A stretch of DNA of 64,000 nt from Bacteroidia bacterium (GTDB lineage Bacteria; Bacteroidota; Bacteroidia; B-17B0; Aurantibacillaceae): contig JBIKKW010000001.1 in the NCBI GenBank assembly GCA_044360115.1, positions 6,123 to 70,122 on the forward strand, read 5' to 3'. How positions within the stretch are numbered: the stretch's first letter is position 1; the number at the start of each line of letters is the position of its first letter. A model generated the notes under the pieces. The model saw only the letters and a program-made list of their open reading frames with translations, was not told the DNA's origin and did not search any database. The position numbers and the translations under genes are program-made. Shown here in pieces: positions 9,823-20,318 of the stretch.

Positions 9823-9901
9823 GGGGGGATTGCTTGTCGAGGCTCTATCCTTCTATGACTTTACAGATAAAGAGAAGGAATAGGTCATCCGCTCCTTTTT
9901 T
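9823..9901 (+). ncRNA. Candidate orphan structured RNA (long irregular hairpin plus U-tract)
   Basis: GC-rich island in an AT-rich spacer with nested stems ending in a T-run on the strand opposite both neighbouring genes; no family recognised. Confidence 0.35.
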
Positions 9902-9933
9902 ATTTGTAAACAATTAATGTTTCCTACAAAAAC

Positions 9934-11157
9934 TTAAATGCTATTTTTTCGTTTTAGTTTACACATATAAAAACCATCGTAACCTTCGCTTGGGTAAATG
10001 GTTCTGTCGTCTACAAATTCAAATATCTTATTATTTTGTAAAAACGTATTTACCTGCTCTCTGTTTTCTGAAGGCAGTATGCTACATGTGCTGTAAACCA
10101 AGGTGCCGCCGGGTTTTACCATCACCGCATATTCTGAAAGGATCTGTTGCTGCAAGGTACGCGTCTTATCAAAGATCTCTTTATTAAATTTCCACTTAGT
10201 GTCCGGATTTCTCTTTAACACACCTAAGCCACTGCAAGGCACATCCAACAACAATACATCTGCCTTGTCTTTTAAAGCACTAATGGTTTTGCTTCCTTCA
10301 ATTAATCGTGTTTCTAAATTATGCACGCCCGCTCGCTTGGCTCGTTTATTCAACTCATCCAACTTCCATTGTGTTACATCCATGCTAATGATGCGGCCCT
10401 TGTTTTGCATCAATGCTGCCAACTGCAAACTTTTTCCACCGGCTCCTGCACAAGCATCTATCACGGTTTGCTTGGGCTCTGCACCGGTGCATAATCCTAT
10501 TTCTTGTGATCCGCTATCTTGTAATTCAAAAAGTCCATCTTTAAAATTTCGGTTACTGAATATGTTCGATCGTTTTTTTAATCCCAAGGCATTTGGCACA
10601 TGCTGTATGGCATAACTTTCAATATCATCCTTGGCTAACTCTTCCTGTAACTTTTTACTGTTGGTCTTTAATGTATTCACGCGAATAACCACTTCCGCAA
10701 TTTCATTCATGGCTGCAGCTTCTCGTTCCCATGTGTCTTTGCCCACTTCCTTTATACAAAGCTCATTGATGTTATCGGGATAAGATTGAAACAATGCGAA
10801 ATTGCTTTTTGCTTCATTAAATTTATTTTGGATCAGTTGCTTATTCACGTGTTTAAACTCCGGCCAATCGGGCAACTCAATTTCCTTTAACACCAAATAA
10901 ACGGCGGTAATAAACCAAAAATTATTTTTTGATTCTGCCAGATGACTTAATAAGCGGTAATATCTAACAATATCATAAACCGCCTCTGCAACAAACTTTC
11001 GGTCGCGCGAGCCCCATTGTTTATTTTGTTTGAATAAGCGCTCTAAAACTTTATCGGAATAACGATTCTCATTAAATATTTGCGATAAGGCTGTTGCAAT
11101 ACCATTCAATAAGGTTTTGTGAAGTTTAATGACTTGATTTTTTTCGGGAGCAAACAC
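9934..11157 (-). CDS. RsmB/NOP2-family RNA m5C methyltransferase
   Basis: IDACAGAGGKSL, LLDVPCSGLG, GGTLVYSTCS motifs; start codon uncertain. Confidence 0.93.
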   Translation of the reverse strand: MFAPEKNQVIKLHKTLLNGIATALSQIFNENRYSDKVLERLFKQNKQWGSRDRKFVAEAVYDIVRYYRLLSHLAESKNNFWFITAVYLVLKEIELPDWPEFKHVNKQLIQNKFNEAKSNFALFQSYPDNINELCIKEVGKDTWEREAAAMNEIAEVVIRVNTLKTNSKKLQEELAKDDIESYAIQHVPNALGLKKRSNIFSNRNFKDGLFELQDSGSQEIGLCTGAEPKQTVIDACAGAGGKSLQLAALMQNKGRIISMDVTQWKLDELNKRAKRAGVHNLETRLIEGSKTISALKDKADVLLLDVPCSGLGVLKRNPDTKWKFNKEIFDKTRTLQQQILSEYAVMVKPGGTLVYSTCSILPSENREQVNTFLQNNKIFEFVDDRTIYPSEGYDGFYMCKLKRKNSI

Positions 11158-11162
11158 AGGAA

Positions 11163-13889
11163 TTAATTTACAACTTGTACGTAGCCTTTTAATGATCGTT
11201 TCTTAATTCCTTTTACACGCAATTCATAAACATCGCAAATATAAAACAAGGTACCGTCACTCACTTTTTCGCTACTAAAACGGCTGGTACCATCCCATTT
11301 AAAGTAAGGATTGTCGCTCCAGAAAACAAGTGTGCCCCAACGATCGTAAACAAACAGATCGATGTTTTTTATATGGCGAACTTTAATGGCTTTAAAGAAA
11401 TCGTTTATACCATCGCCATTAATGGTTATAATATTCGGAAGTTCAAATTCAGGACAATTATCAATACACATTGATTCGCTTTTTGCGCCTACGTTGCCGC
11501 TTGAATCAACTGCAGAAACCGCGAAACAACCGGCAATGGTTGGTAAATTATCAAATTGATACGTTACACTTCCCGCACCGTATAAGGTATCTATAACTTT
11601 AAACTCTTCTTCTTCTGTATCTTTCTGATACAAATAATATGCAACTACATCATTCGCGCAAGTAGTGCTGATGTTATTCCATGTTAACGAAACAAAACCC
11701 GTGATACAATCAGACACAATGCTCATTGTTGGTGCGCATGGTGGCGTTACATCTTCTGCTTTGGCGCATGACTCCTGCGATCTGTTAAATAACGGACCCG
11801 GCACACTTGCGTCTGAATACTTTCCTTCGCTTAAAACATAGTAACAATACGTGCTTCTGTTGGCAACATTAATTGAATCGGTATAAGCTGTTAAAGTGGT
11901 TGTTGCAATATTGGTAAAGGTTGTTTGTGATGGATCTTTTCTGAAAATAGTGTATTTGTAATTACTCCAAGGTGTTTGCGATACCCAGCTTAGTTTGATC
12001 TTTCGTTCACCACCGGTTGTAGTTAAAAATATAGATGTTGCCTGTTGCGATGTGCCAACTGTTGTTGTGCCTGCTACAAACTCCACCTTGTATTCTAAGC
12101 GTTCATTAACTGTATTAATATTTAAATGTGTAAAGGATGTGTCTGCCGCTTGATTTAACTGATAAAACTGCCCTTTACTCACGGTATAGATGGTGCTATA
12201 AGTGGCGGCCGACAAAGGCTTGTATTTTAAGTTAAAGGTATACGGACCGGTTAACACCAATGTGTCTAAATTTCCTAAGTTGGTCAATGGTTTTGTCCAA
12301 CGCACAAAAACACTGCCGGTGCTAACAGAAGTTGAATCAATATCAACGTTCAGCATAATAGGCACATCGCGCTTTAATTTTGTACAAACGGTTGAACTTC
12401 CATAGCTTGATGATCCATCATCGTAAATAGCTACCACCATGTAACTATAATCCTGCCCAACCACTAGTCCTTGTCCGTTATTTGTATCCGTAAAAGTAGA
12501 AGTGCTTGGCGTGGTGGTTCCTGTTAACACATAACCTTGCGGAACGCCTGACTGACAAGGAACATAAGTGACAGGATCACAGTCGTTTCGGCGGAATATC
12601 TCATAACGTACAATAGGATTTGCTGTTGAAAAACAGGTGCTCAGCTGCCAGTTGATCTTAATATTGGCGCCTATAGGTGTTGCACTAACGCCTTGCACTG
12701 CAGGCGGAACAATTCGAACATTAAAGGTTTTAAAGGTTACAAGTTTTACAGGCGATTGCTGATCTTCGGCCTTTAACGTTATTTGATAAGGTTGCTTACG
12801 AATTAGGCCGCAATTGGTTTGCCAGTTAAACACAGAGGTGTAACTAACCATGGCGAATGTATTTGATAAGGTTGCCAAAGGCGATGTTGATGTGAACGGA
12901 CCACCAAAGCCATACAACTGAACTAAATTTCCGGCATTAGGATCGCTAACCACTAAGGTTTTGGTGATCGTTGAACCTGCAACAACACACGTATCGGGAG
13001 GTACCGTAACATCGGGCGGTAAATTATTTGTGCAACCAATTACTTTTACCTGCATATCGCGCAATACGTAGCCTACCATGGTATAAACACCGGCAGTATT
13101 TTTTCGCCACTCCTTTACAATAAAGGCAATATTATACTCGCCAATTTTTTGAGGTGAACACCAGGTTAATGTTCCGTTGAAGGGATCAATGCTGTAAATT
13201 CCGCCGGGACCGGTTTGCGGATAGGTGTATCCCGGAATTGGTGCGCCTATGGTGCCATTAAAATCAATACCTCTCGAAAAGGTTAATTCGTAGCTCAAAC
13301 TATCGCCATCAATATCAAATGCGCCCGGGTTATGATAAAAGCAAATGCCGTTACATGCTTGATCTAAAGGTGGTGAAGTGAAATCAGGCGCTGTATTGGC
13401 GCCAATAAAATTATTAATGATCAATAATGATTCTAAGTAAAACGGTTGATTAATAGAATTAGGAACGTTTTCTACCCCTTGATTACGATTGGGGTCGTAC
13501 ATATAAACTCTGTAAATGCCTGCACTCATGTATTGATACGATGCCGTGTAGGTGTTAACCCTGGTGGTGCCATTCACATCAACACCATTGCGCGTTCCGG
13601 CACAATCACCGCTTCCGGTAAAAGGCAAACCGTTTACACGCGGCATAATTATGCTATCACCGTTACCTAAGTATAAAGTTAGTTTGCACCTGTCGGCATT
13701 ACCGCCCGGACTGTTGATCTCAGTATAGGTGTTTATTTGAAAAGAGTAATTGTAAATAGGAACCGTAATGCCGTTAATAACAGTGCTGGTAGGCGCAATA
13801 CGTTTATATAAGATCTCGCCTGCTCTGTTATGAGTGGCATTTGAAATGAAATTACAGACCAAAAATATGACAAAAAGTACGCGCTTCAT
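11163..13889 (-). CDS. T9SS type B (CHU_C / gliding-motility-associated CTD) surface protein with FN3-like repeats
   Basis: N-terminal ATHNRAGEI motif; C-terminal PNIITINGDGINDFF...YDRWGTLVF...WDGT...DGTLFY. Confidence 0.9.
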   Translation of the reverse strand: MKRVLFVIFLVCNFISNATHNRAGEILYKRIAPTSTVINGITVPIYNYSFQINTYTEINSPGGNADRCKLTLYLGNGDSIIMPRVNGLPFTGSGDCAGTRNGVDVNGTTRVNTYTASYQYMSAGIYRVYMYDPNRNQGVENVPNSINQPFYLESLLIINNFIGANTAPDFTSPPLDQACNGICFYHNPGAFDIDGDSLSYELTFSRGIDFNGTIGAPIPGYTYPQTGPGGIYSIDPFNGTLTWCSPQKIGEYNIAFIVKEWRKNTAGVYTMVGYVLRDMQVKVIGCTNNLPPDVTVPPDTCVVAGSTITKTLVVSDPNAGNLVQLYGFGGPFTSTSPLATLSNTFAMVSYTSVFNWQTNCGLIRKQPYQITLKAEDQQSPVKLVTFKTFNVRIVPPAVQGVSATPIGANIKINWQLSTCFSTANPIVRYEIFRRNDCDPVTYVPCQSGVPQGYVLTGTTTPSTSTFTDTNNGQGLVVGQDYSYMVVAIYDDGSSSYGSSTVCTKLKRDVPIMLNVDIDSTSVSTGSVFVRWTKPLTNLGNLDTLVLTGPYTFNLKYKPLSAATYSTIYTVSKGQFYQLNQAADTSFTHLNINTVNERLEYKVEFVAGTTTVGTSQQATSIFLTTTGGERKIKLSWVSQTPWSNYKYTIFRKDPSQTTFTNIATTTLTAYTDSINVANRSTYCYYVLSEGKYSDASVPGPLFNRSQESCAKAEDVTPPCAPTMSIVSDCITGFVSLTWNNISTTCANDVVAYYLYQKDTEEEEFKVIDTLYGAGSVTYQFDNLPTIAGCFAVSAVDSSGNVGAKSESMCIDNCPEFELPNIITINGDGINDFFKAIKVRHIKNIDLFVYDRWGTLVFWSDNPYFKWDGTSRFSSEKVSDGTLFYICDVYELRVKGIKKRSLKGYVQVVN

Positions 13890-14024
13890 TTAACCCTATT
13901 GCACTTTAAAGTTAGTTCATTTAACGAAACGGCGCAAATTTATTGCCCCAAATGTCGTTAAAAAAGCCCTGTTTGATTATTTATTTAAGCGCATGAACAT
14001 TCAAAATAATTGTTTCATCTAATT

Positions 14025-14057
14025 TTTGCTTTTCACTCTTTTTTTATAGTACCTTTG
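14025..14057 (+). promoter_or_regulatory. Bacteroidota sigma70 promoter for kup
   Basis: TTTG at 14025-14028, 21-nt spacer, TACCTTTG at 14050-14057. Confidence 0.75.
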
Positions 14058-14082
14058 GTCCGTCTTTTCTAAAACTCCTCAA

Positions 14083-16035
14083 ATGAGCAGTCATCATCAA
14101 AACCACTTAAGCAAGATAACTTTAAGTGGATTAATTGTTACCCTAGGTATTATTTATGGTGACATTGGAACATCCCCTCTTTACGTAATGAAAGCTATTG
14201 TTGGCGACAGGGCCATTAACAGCGATCTGATCATTGGAGGTATGTCTCTTGTATTTTGGACAATTACATTACAAACTACCATTAAATATGTGGTTTTTAC
14301 ATTAAAAGCAGATAATAAAGGTGAGGGTGGGATTTTTTCGTTATATACTTTAGTTAAAAAAGCAAGAGTTAAATGGCTCGTTTTCCCTGCCATTATAGGT
14401 GGTTGTTGCATATTAGGTGAAGGTATTATTACGCCGCCCATTTCAGTAGCATCCGCCGTTGAAGGATTGCGACTAATACCCAGTTTAAGTGAAATACCTA
14501 CCATTCCAATTGTAATAGCCATTATTACCGGTTTGTTTTTTATACAACAGTTTGGTACAAAATTTATAGGTAAATATTTTGGTCCTGTAATGCTTGTTTG
14601 GTTCATCACATTGGGTGTTGTTGGTTTAGTTGGATTAACGCATGATTTTACAGTACTTAAATCTTTAAATCCTTATTACGGTATTAATTTATTAGTTAAT
14701 TACCCTGGAGCATTTTGGTTACTGGGCGCTGTTTTTCTTTGTACTACAGGTGCCGAAGCGCTTTATTCTGATATGGGCCACTGTGGCAGAAAAAACATTC
14801 GTATCAGCTGGATATTTGTAAAATCCATGCTTGTTTTAAATTACATGGGTCAAACTGCTTGGTTAATTTCAATGGAAGGAAAAACACTTAACGGTGCCAA
14901 TCCTTTTTATGCGATTATGCCAAATTGGTTTTTACCTTTTGGTATTGGAATTGCTACTATTGCTACTGTTGTTGCCTCTCAGGCATTGATAAGTGGTTCG
15001 TTTACTCTTATTAATGAGGCAATGCGTTTAAATTTTTGGCCTAAGGTAAAGATCAAATACCCAACAGAATTAAAAGGACAAATGTATATCCCTTCTATTA
15101 ATTGGTTGTTGTATTTTGGCTGTGTTGCAGTTGTGTTGTTTTTCAAGGAATCATCAAACATGGAGGCGGCATATGGATTAACCATTATTTTAGGAATGAT
15201 CATGTCTTCACGATTATTGGCTTTTTTCATGCGAATAAAAAAATATCCGATTTGGTTTCTTTACCTGTTTATTGTGGTTTACATTGTAGTTGAAGCTGCA
15301 TTTTTAGTTGCCAATCTTGAAAAGTTCCCTAAAGGAGGTTATATAACTTTAATTATTGCCTTGGTTTTGGCCGGAGTTATGGGCTCGTGGTACATGGCAA
15401 AATTGATCAGACAGCGCTATGTGGATATGGTTAAATTATCTGAACATCAAAGCAAATTGGTTGATCTTAGTAGAGATGAAAGTATTCCTAAATACGCAAC
15501 ACATTTAGTGTATATGACCAGCGCCAACAATCCTGAAGAAATTGAATCGAAAGTGATTTATTCCATCTTGCAAAAACGACCAAAACGTGCCGATATTTAT
15601 TGGTTTGTTCATGTGGATGTAATGGATGAGCCATACCAAATGGATTATAAAGTAACTCATGTTGTTGAAGATGATATTATTCGTGTTGATTTCAGATTAG
15701 GCTTTAGAGTTGCGCCACGTATCAATTTAATGTTCAGAAAAGTTGTTGAGGATCTTGTTAAAAATAAGGAAGTGGATATTACCAGTCGTTACGAATCCTT
15801 AAACAAGAATAATATTATTGGTGATTTTAAATTTGTGGTGATCGAAAAATATTTGTCATACGATAATGAGTTGCCATTCTTTGAAAAAATCATTCTAAAT
15901 TTCTACTTCTTCTTTAAACGCTTAAGTTTAAGTGAGTCGCGTGCGTTTGGTTTAGATACGAGTTCGGTTAAGGTAGAAAAATTCCCGATGGTGTTTAAAA
16001 TGCCTGATGATATTAACCTGAAAAGGATATTTTAA
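14083..16035 (+). CDS. kup: KUP/HAK/KT potassium transporter
   Basis: GIIYGDIGTSPLY, ADNKGEGG, TGAEALYSDMGH, SQALISGSF. Confidence 0.97.
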   Translation: MSSHHQNHLSKITLSGLIVTLGIIYGDIGTSPLYVMKAIVGDRAINSDLIIGGMSLVFWTITLQTTIKYVVFTLKADNKGEGGIFSLYTLVKKARVKWLVFPAIIGGCCILGEGIITPPISVASAVEGLRLIPSLSEIPTIPIVIAIITGLFFIQQFGTKFIGKYFGPVMLVWFITLGVVGLVGLTHDFTVLKSLNPYYGINLLVNYPGAFWLLGAVFLCTTGAEALYSDMGHCGRKNIRISWIFVKSMLVLNYMGQTAWLISMEGKTLNGANPFYAIMPNWFLPFGIGIATIATVVASQALISGSFTLINEAMRLNFWPKVKIKYPTELKGQMYIPSINWLLYFGCVAVVLFFKESSNMEAAYGLTIILGMIMSSRLLAFFMRIKKYPIWFLYLFIVVYIVVEAAFLVANLEKFPKGGYITLIIALVLAGVMGSWYMAKLIRQRYVDMVKLSEHQSKLVDLSRDESIPKYATHLVYMTSANNPEEIESKVIYSILQKRPKRADIYWFVHVDVMDEPYQMDYKVTHVVEDDIIRVDFRLGFRVAPRINLMFRKVVEDLVKNKEVDITSRYESLNKNNIIGDFKFVVIEKYLSYDNELPFFEKIILNFYFFFKRLSLSESRAFGLDTSSVKVEKFPMVFKMPDDINLKRIF

Positions 16036-18008
16036 ATGGCGAATGTGAATTTAAAGGTGGCTCCACCATTATTTTCAATTTCCATTTCTGCGTTTATCTG
16101 TTGCGTTAAAATGCTTATTAATTCAAATCCCAGGCTATTTGTATCGCTCAATAGTTGCTTATAATTTTCCGGTAATCCTACACCATTGTCTTTGATCTCT
16201 ACGGTTGCTGTATTACCAAACGTAGAAGCTGTCAGTTGAATAATGCCTTCTTTGTTTCCTTTAAAGGCATGTTTAAACGAATTGGTTATGATCTCATTTA
16301 CCAATAAACCCAGAGGTATGGCTGTATCAATGTTAATGTATTGTTGTTTTTGTTTTATATCAACTTGTATTTTAACCAAGCTGTTCTCATAGCTATTTGT
16401 TATCTGTGTAATAAGGTTCTTAAGATATTCGCTTAGTAAAACCGTATTTACACTCCCCTTTTGATACAACATCTGATGCGTAAGGGCAATTGCTGAAATG
16501 CGTAGTTTTATTTCCTTCAGCATATCAAGCATTTCAACATCCTTTGTTTTATCTGCCTGCAAGTTAATTACACTGCTAATGATCTGTAAATTATTTTTTA
16601 CGCGATGATGGATCTCCTTCAACAATAATTCTTTTTCTTTTAATGACGTTTCTATCAAACGATTTTGGTTTTGGATCTGATCATTCTTTTGCGATAATTC
16701 ATATTCTCTTTTCTTGCTGCTGTTATTGGTGTAAAATAAAAACACGATCAGTAAGATCAAAACCACCAAACCAGCCATTAAATAAGCCCTAAAAGCCTTT
16801 TGCTTGGCTTCCTGTATACGTGCGTTTTGCAATTGCTGGTTCTTTTCATTCAGTTCAATTTCTTTATTTTGCATGTCTAATGCAACCTGTTGGTTTATCA
16901 GTTGCATTTCCTTTTCATTATTTGAAATAGAATCTTTTAAATTTAAATATTCTTTGAAACGTGCAACAGATAGTGTTGAATTGCCTACTTTATCAAGCAA
17001 CTCCGCTTGCGCATACAACAGCTTTAATTTTACCCTTGGCTGGTTCAACACATTGGAAATTGTTTGTGCCGTATCCATATAACGCTGGGCGCGTTTAAGA
17101 TCGTTTAACACGGTAAAGCACTTTGATATCAGCACGTAACTGTTAAAGGCACTTTCAATATCACGCACTTTCATGCTGTAATAAATGTCATTCTTTAAAA
17201 ACGGAATGGCCTTTGTGTAATCGCCTTTATTTGTATAGGCTAAGGCCATGTTGCCCTCAATAAGACTTTTAAAAAATTTGTTGTTGGTTTCGTTATTATA
17301 GGTTAGTTTTTTAGTGATCAATTCATCTGCCTTTGTAAAATATGGTAAGGCACTATCCGACATTTTAAGGCGGTTAAAATAAACCCCCATGTCGTTATAA
17401 AATCCGGCCACAAAATTTGTGTCGTTTTGCTTGGCTTTATATTCACTATTAAATTCCTTACGTTTTTCAATAATAGCCTGGCGGTTTAAACCAAACATAT
17501 CACAAATTTTACTTTTGCTGGTAATGTTCTTTAAATATCGCTCATCGTTTAGCTGGTTTGCCAAAACATCATACATATGGTTGGCCTCAATGGCTTTATT
17601 TAAATTACTAAGCTTTACGTAAAGATCCTTCAAGTGATTATAACAAGTAAGTGAATCTTGAATGTTTCTGGCATGATTTTGCAAACTACTCTCCATGATA
17701 AGTGCAGCCTTTGCAAATTTCTTTTCGTATATCTCCCTACTAACATCTATCTTGTCAAGTAAAAAACGGGCTTCCTTACTTGAAGAGTTTTTGTTGATCT
17801 TAACTCGTATACTTTCTACCGTATCACTTATCAATGGGTAAACATCCCAAATATCACCATAATCTACATTCGCTAAAAGTTTGATCTTTTCCTTGTGATC
17901 GGCCAACCTGAATTCATATAAAAATTTGGTGCGATTAAATTGCGCGAAATTAGTCCCTATAAAAAACAGTATAAAAACCCCAATTAAATATTTAGTTCGT
18001 GTGCTCAA
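16032..18008 (-). CDS. TPR-containing sensor histidine kinase (HisKA_2 type)
   Basis: Helical TPR-like N-region, one TM helix, EIHHRVKNNLQ, NEIITNSFKHAF, DNGVG. Confidence 0.92.
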   Translation of the reverse strand: MSTRTKYLIGVFILFFIGTNFAQFNRTKFLYEFRLADHKEKIKLLANVDYGDIWDVYPLISDTVESIRVKINKNSSSKEARFLLDKIDVSREIYEKKFAKAALIMESSLQNHARNIQDSLTCYNHLKDLYVKLSNLNKAIEANHMYDVLANQLNDERYLKNITSKSKICDMFGLNRQAIIEKRKEFNSEYKAKQNDTNFVAGFYNDMGVYFNRLKMSDSALPYFTKADELITKKLTYNNETNNKFFKSLIEGNMALAYTNKGDYTKAIPFLKNDIYYSMKVRDIESAFNSYVLISKCFTVLNDLKRAQRYMDTAQTISNVLNQPRVKLKLLYAQAELLDKVGNSTLSVARFKEYLNLKDSISNNEKEMQLINQQVALDMQNKEIELNEKNQQLQNARIQEAKQKAFRAYLMAGLVVLILLIVFLFYTNNSSKKREYELSQKNDQIQNQNRLIETSLKEKELLLKEIHHRVKNNLQIISSVINLQADKTKDVEMLDMLKEIKLRISAIALTHQMLYQKGSVNTVLLSEYLKNLITQITNSYENSLVKIQVDIKQKQQYINIDTAIPLGLLVNEIITNSFKHAFKGNKEGIIQLTASTFGNTATVEIKDNGVGLPENYKQLLSDTNSLGFELISILTQQINAEMEIENNGGATFKFTFAI

Positions 18009-18036
18009 TTCGTTTGCTAAAATTAAAGTATTTTAT

Positions 18037-19581
18037 TTATGCTGCCCAATTATCTCTATCTAAACTTCTAAACTGAATCGCTTCTGCTATATGTTGTGTT
18101 TCTATCTCACTACTTCCATCCAGATCAGCAATGGTTCTGCCAACTTTTAAAATGCGGTCATATGCTCTGGCAGATAGGCCCAGCCTGTCCATAGCATTTT
18201 TCAACAGAGTTCTTCCGGCCTCGTTCAGGTCACAATATTCCTTCAGTTCTTTACTCCGCATTTGCGCATTACAATGTATATTATCCATTTCGCTAAATCG
18301 TTTAGTTTGAATTTGTCGTGCTTTTATTACACGTTGCCTGATGCTTTTACTTGATTCGGCTTGTTGCTTTGTGCTTAATTCATTGAACGAAACAGGCGTT
18401 ACCTCAACATGCAGATCAATGCGATCCAATAAAGGCCCTGATATTTTATTTAAATATTTTTGTACAACACCCGGCGAACACACGCACTCTTTTTCGGGGT
18501 GATTGTAAAAGCCGCAGGGACAAGGATTCATACTGGCTACCAACATAAAACTGGCAGGATACTCCACACTAAATTTAGCGCGACTGATACTTACGATCCT
18601 GTCTTCAAGCGGCTGACGCATAACTTCTAAAACCGTACGTTTAAACTCTGGCAATTCATCTAAAAACAAAACACCATTATGCGCCAATGAAATTTCGCCC
18701 GGTTGAGGATTGTTACCGCCACCAACAAGCGCCACATCACTAATCGTATGATGTGGATTTCTAAACGGGCGTTGTGTTACTAGTCCTCTTTGCGTTTTAT
18801 TGGTTTTGCCGGCAACACTATGAATTTTTGTTGATTCCAAGGCTTCATCAATTGTTAATGGCGGTAATATAGATGGCAAACGTTTACTCAACATGGTTTT
18901 ACCAGCGCCGGGTGGTCCAATTAATATCACATTGTGCCCGCCTGCAGCAGCTATCTCCAGCGATCGTTTAATGCTTTCCTGCCCTTTTACATCAGCAAAA
19001 TCAAAATCGAGCTCATCGTTTAAATTTAAAAACGCTTCATTAATATCAATATTTACCTTTCGCAATTCATCTTCATTCCCATTAAAAAAATTAATTACTT
19101 CATTTATCGATCTAACGGCATAAACATCCAGTCCGTTAACCACAGCGGCTTCCATGGCATTGTGTTCCGGTAAAATTATGCCTTTGAATCCGTCTTGCTT
19201 TGCTTTTATGGCTATTGGTAAGGCGCCTTTTATTGGTCTGATCTCCCCGTCAAGCGCTAATTCGCCCATAATCACGTAATCTTGAATTGATGAACACAGT
19301 ATTTGTTCTGATGCTGCTAATATGCCAATTGCAATACTCAGGTCATATGCCGAGCCTTCTTTACGAATATCTGCAGGCGCCATGTTTACCGTAATTTGTT
19401 TGCCGGGTATTTTAAAGCCGTTGTTGCGTAAGGCTGCGCTAATACGTTGCTGACTTTCCTTTACGGCGTTATCGGGTAATCCTACCAAATAAAAATTTAT
19501 TCCTTGTGTTATGTTTACCTCTATGGTAACCTGTGTTGCGCTTATACCTTGCACGGTATATCCAAATGTTTTTATTAGCAT
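18037..19581 (-). CDS. comM: YifB/ComM Mg-chelatase-like AAA+ ATPase
   Basis: LVGLPDNAVKES, GPPGAGKT, LAHNGVLFLDE, CPCG, SARAYDRILKV. Confidence 0.95.
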   Translation of the reverse strand: MLIKTFGYTVQGISATQVTIEVNITQGINFYLVGLPDNAVKESQQRISAALRNNGFKIPGKQITVNMAPADIRKEGSAYDLSIAIGILAASEQILCSSIQDYVIMGELALDGEIRPIKGALPIAIKAKQDGFKGIILPEHNAMEAAVVNGLDVYAVRSINEVINFFNGNEDELRKVNIDINEAFLNLNDELDFDFADVKGQESIKRSLEIAAAGGHNVILIGPPGAGKTMLSKRLPSILPPLTIDEALESTKIHSVAGKTNKTQRGLVTQRPFRNPHHTISDVALVGGGNNPQPGEISLAHNGVLFLDELPEFKRTVLEVMRQPLEDRIVSISRAKFSVEYPASFMLVASMNPCPCGFYNHPEKECVCSPGVVQKYLNKISGPLLDRIDLHVEVTPVSFNELSTKQQAESSKSIRQRVIKARQIQTKRFSEMDNIHCNAQMRSKELKEYCDLNEAGRTLLKNAMDRLGLSARAYDRILKVGRTIADLDGSSEIETQHIAEAIQFRSLDRDNWAA

Positions 19582-19777
19582 ACAATTAATTTGGGCGCAA
19601 AATAACTACACAAAATTCCCAAGGCTTGCCACAATTTGTAGCAAAAGCCATTTTTAAAACCACTGTAGTACACTTATTTAATATTATATATTAAATAAAC
19701 TCAATCGTTAAAATTGCAATAATTAGGCGGTGTTGAGGTTTTTTTTTATATTTAAAGTCTTATTACGTTTTGAGATT

Positions 19778-20221
19778 ATGAAAAAATCAATTGTACTAAC
19801 TCTTTTTTTAGCGCTGGTTGCAAGCACTTCGTTTGCTCAAAAAGAAGAAAAAATTGAACCGAATTGCTACAATAAATGGGCCCTTAAATTAGAAGACAGA
19901 GGTGCCGACGAGGTAAAAGACGGCGTTTATACCGATGTGATCATTACCAGCCGTATGGGAAATAAGGCTGTTTGTAACAGCGGTAAAGCCGAGGTTTTAA
20001 AAGGAAAAGTAGTAAAGTTTTATACTTTATTGAGTGATGGCACATATGAAGAAGTAAAAAGAACCTGGAAAAATAAATCGAACGAAAATGTGACCATTAG
20101 CGGCGGTATCAGCAGGGCTATGATCACAGCACATAACGAGATCGTAAACATCATTTGGCCATCGAGCATGAAAGCTAAAAAAGCCAAGCCAATTGCGGCT
20201 CCCGAGCCAACCGACGATTAA
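19778..20221 (+). CDS. Secreted hypothetical protein
   Basis: Likely start MKKSIVL at 19778 with signal peptide; followed by a terminator. Confidence 0.8.
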   Translation: MKKSIVLTLFLALVASTSFAQKEEKIEPNCYNKWALKLEDRGADEVKDGVYTDVIITSRMGNKAVCNSGKAEVLKGKVVKFYTLLSDGTYEEVKRTWKNKSNENVTISGGISRAMITAHNEIVNIIWPSSMKAKKAKPIAAPEPTDD

Positions 20222-20244
20222 TATTTGAGTCTTTTAACACAATT

Positions 20245-20275
20245 GCCTGTTAGGGAATACCTTAACAGGCTTTTT
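20245..20275 (+). terminator. Intrinsic terminator
   Basis: GCCTGTTA-N10-TAACAGGC followed by TTTTT. Confidence 0.85.
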
Positions 20276-20291
20276 ATTTATAAAAAATCAC

Positions 20292-20299
20292 TATTTTTG
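20292..20299 (+). promoter_or_regulatory. -7 promoter box for tig
   Basis: TATTTTTG, about 20 nt upstream of the ATG. Confidence 0.65.
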
Positions 20300-20318
20300 C
20301 TGCCCAATTAAAATTAAA

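Noticed and set aside
11120-11157. Possible ATT start for the RsmB-family gene (IKLHK resembles the MKLH-type starts I recall in homologues)
   Set aside because: An in-frame GTG exists at 11157 and neither context is decisive; cannot be resolved without Ribo-seq.
16032-18008. Orphan histidine kinase converging on kup (possible K+ sensor)
   Set aside because: No KdpD-like domains; orphan TPR kinases are common in Bacteroidota; only adjacency supports a link.
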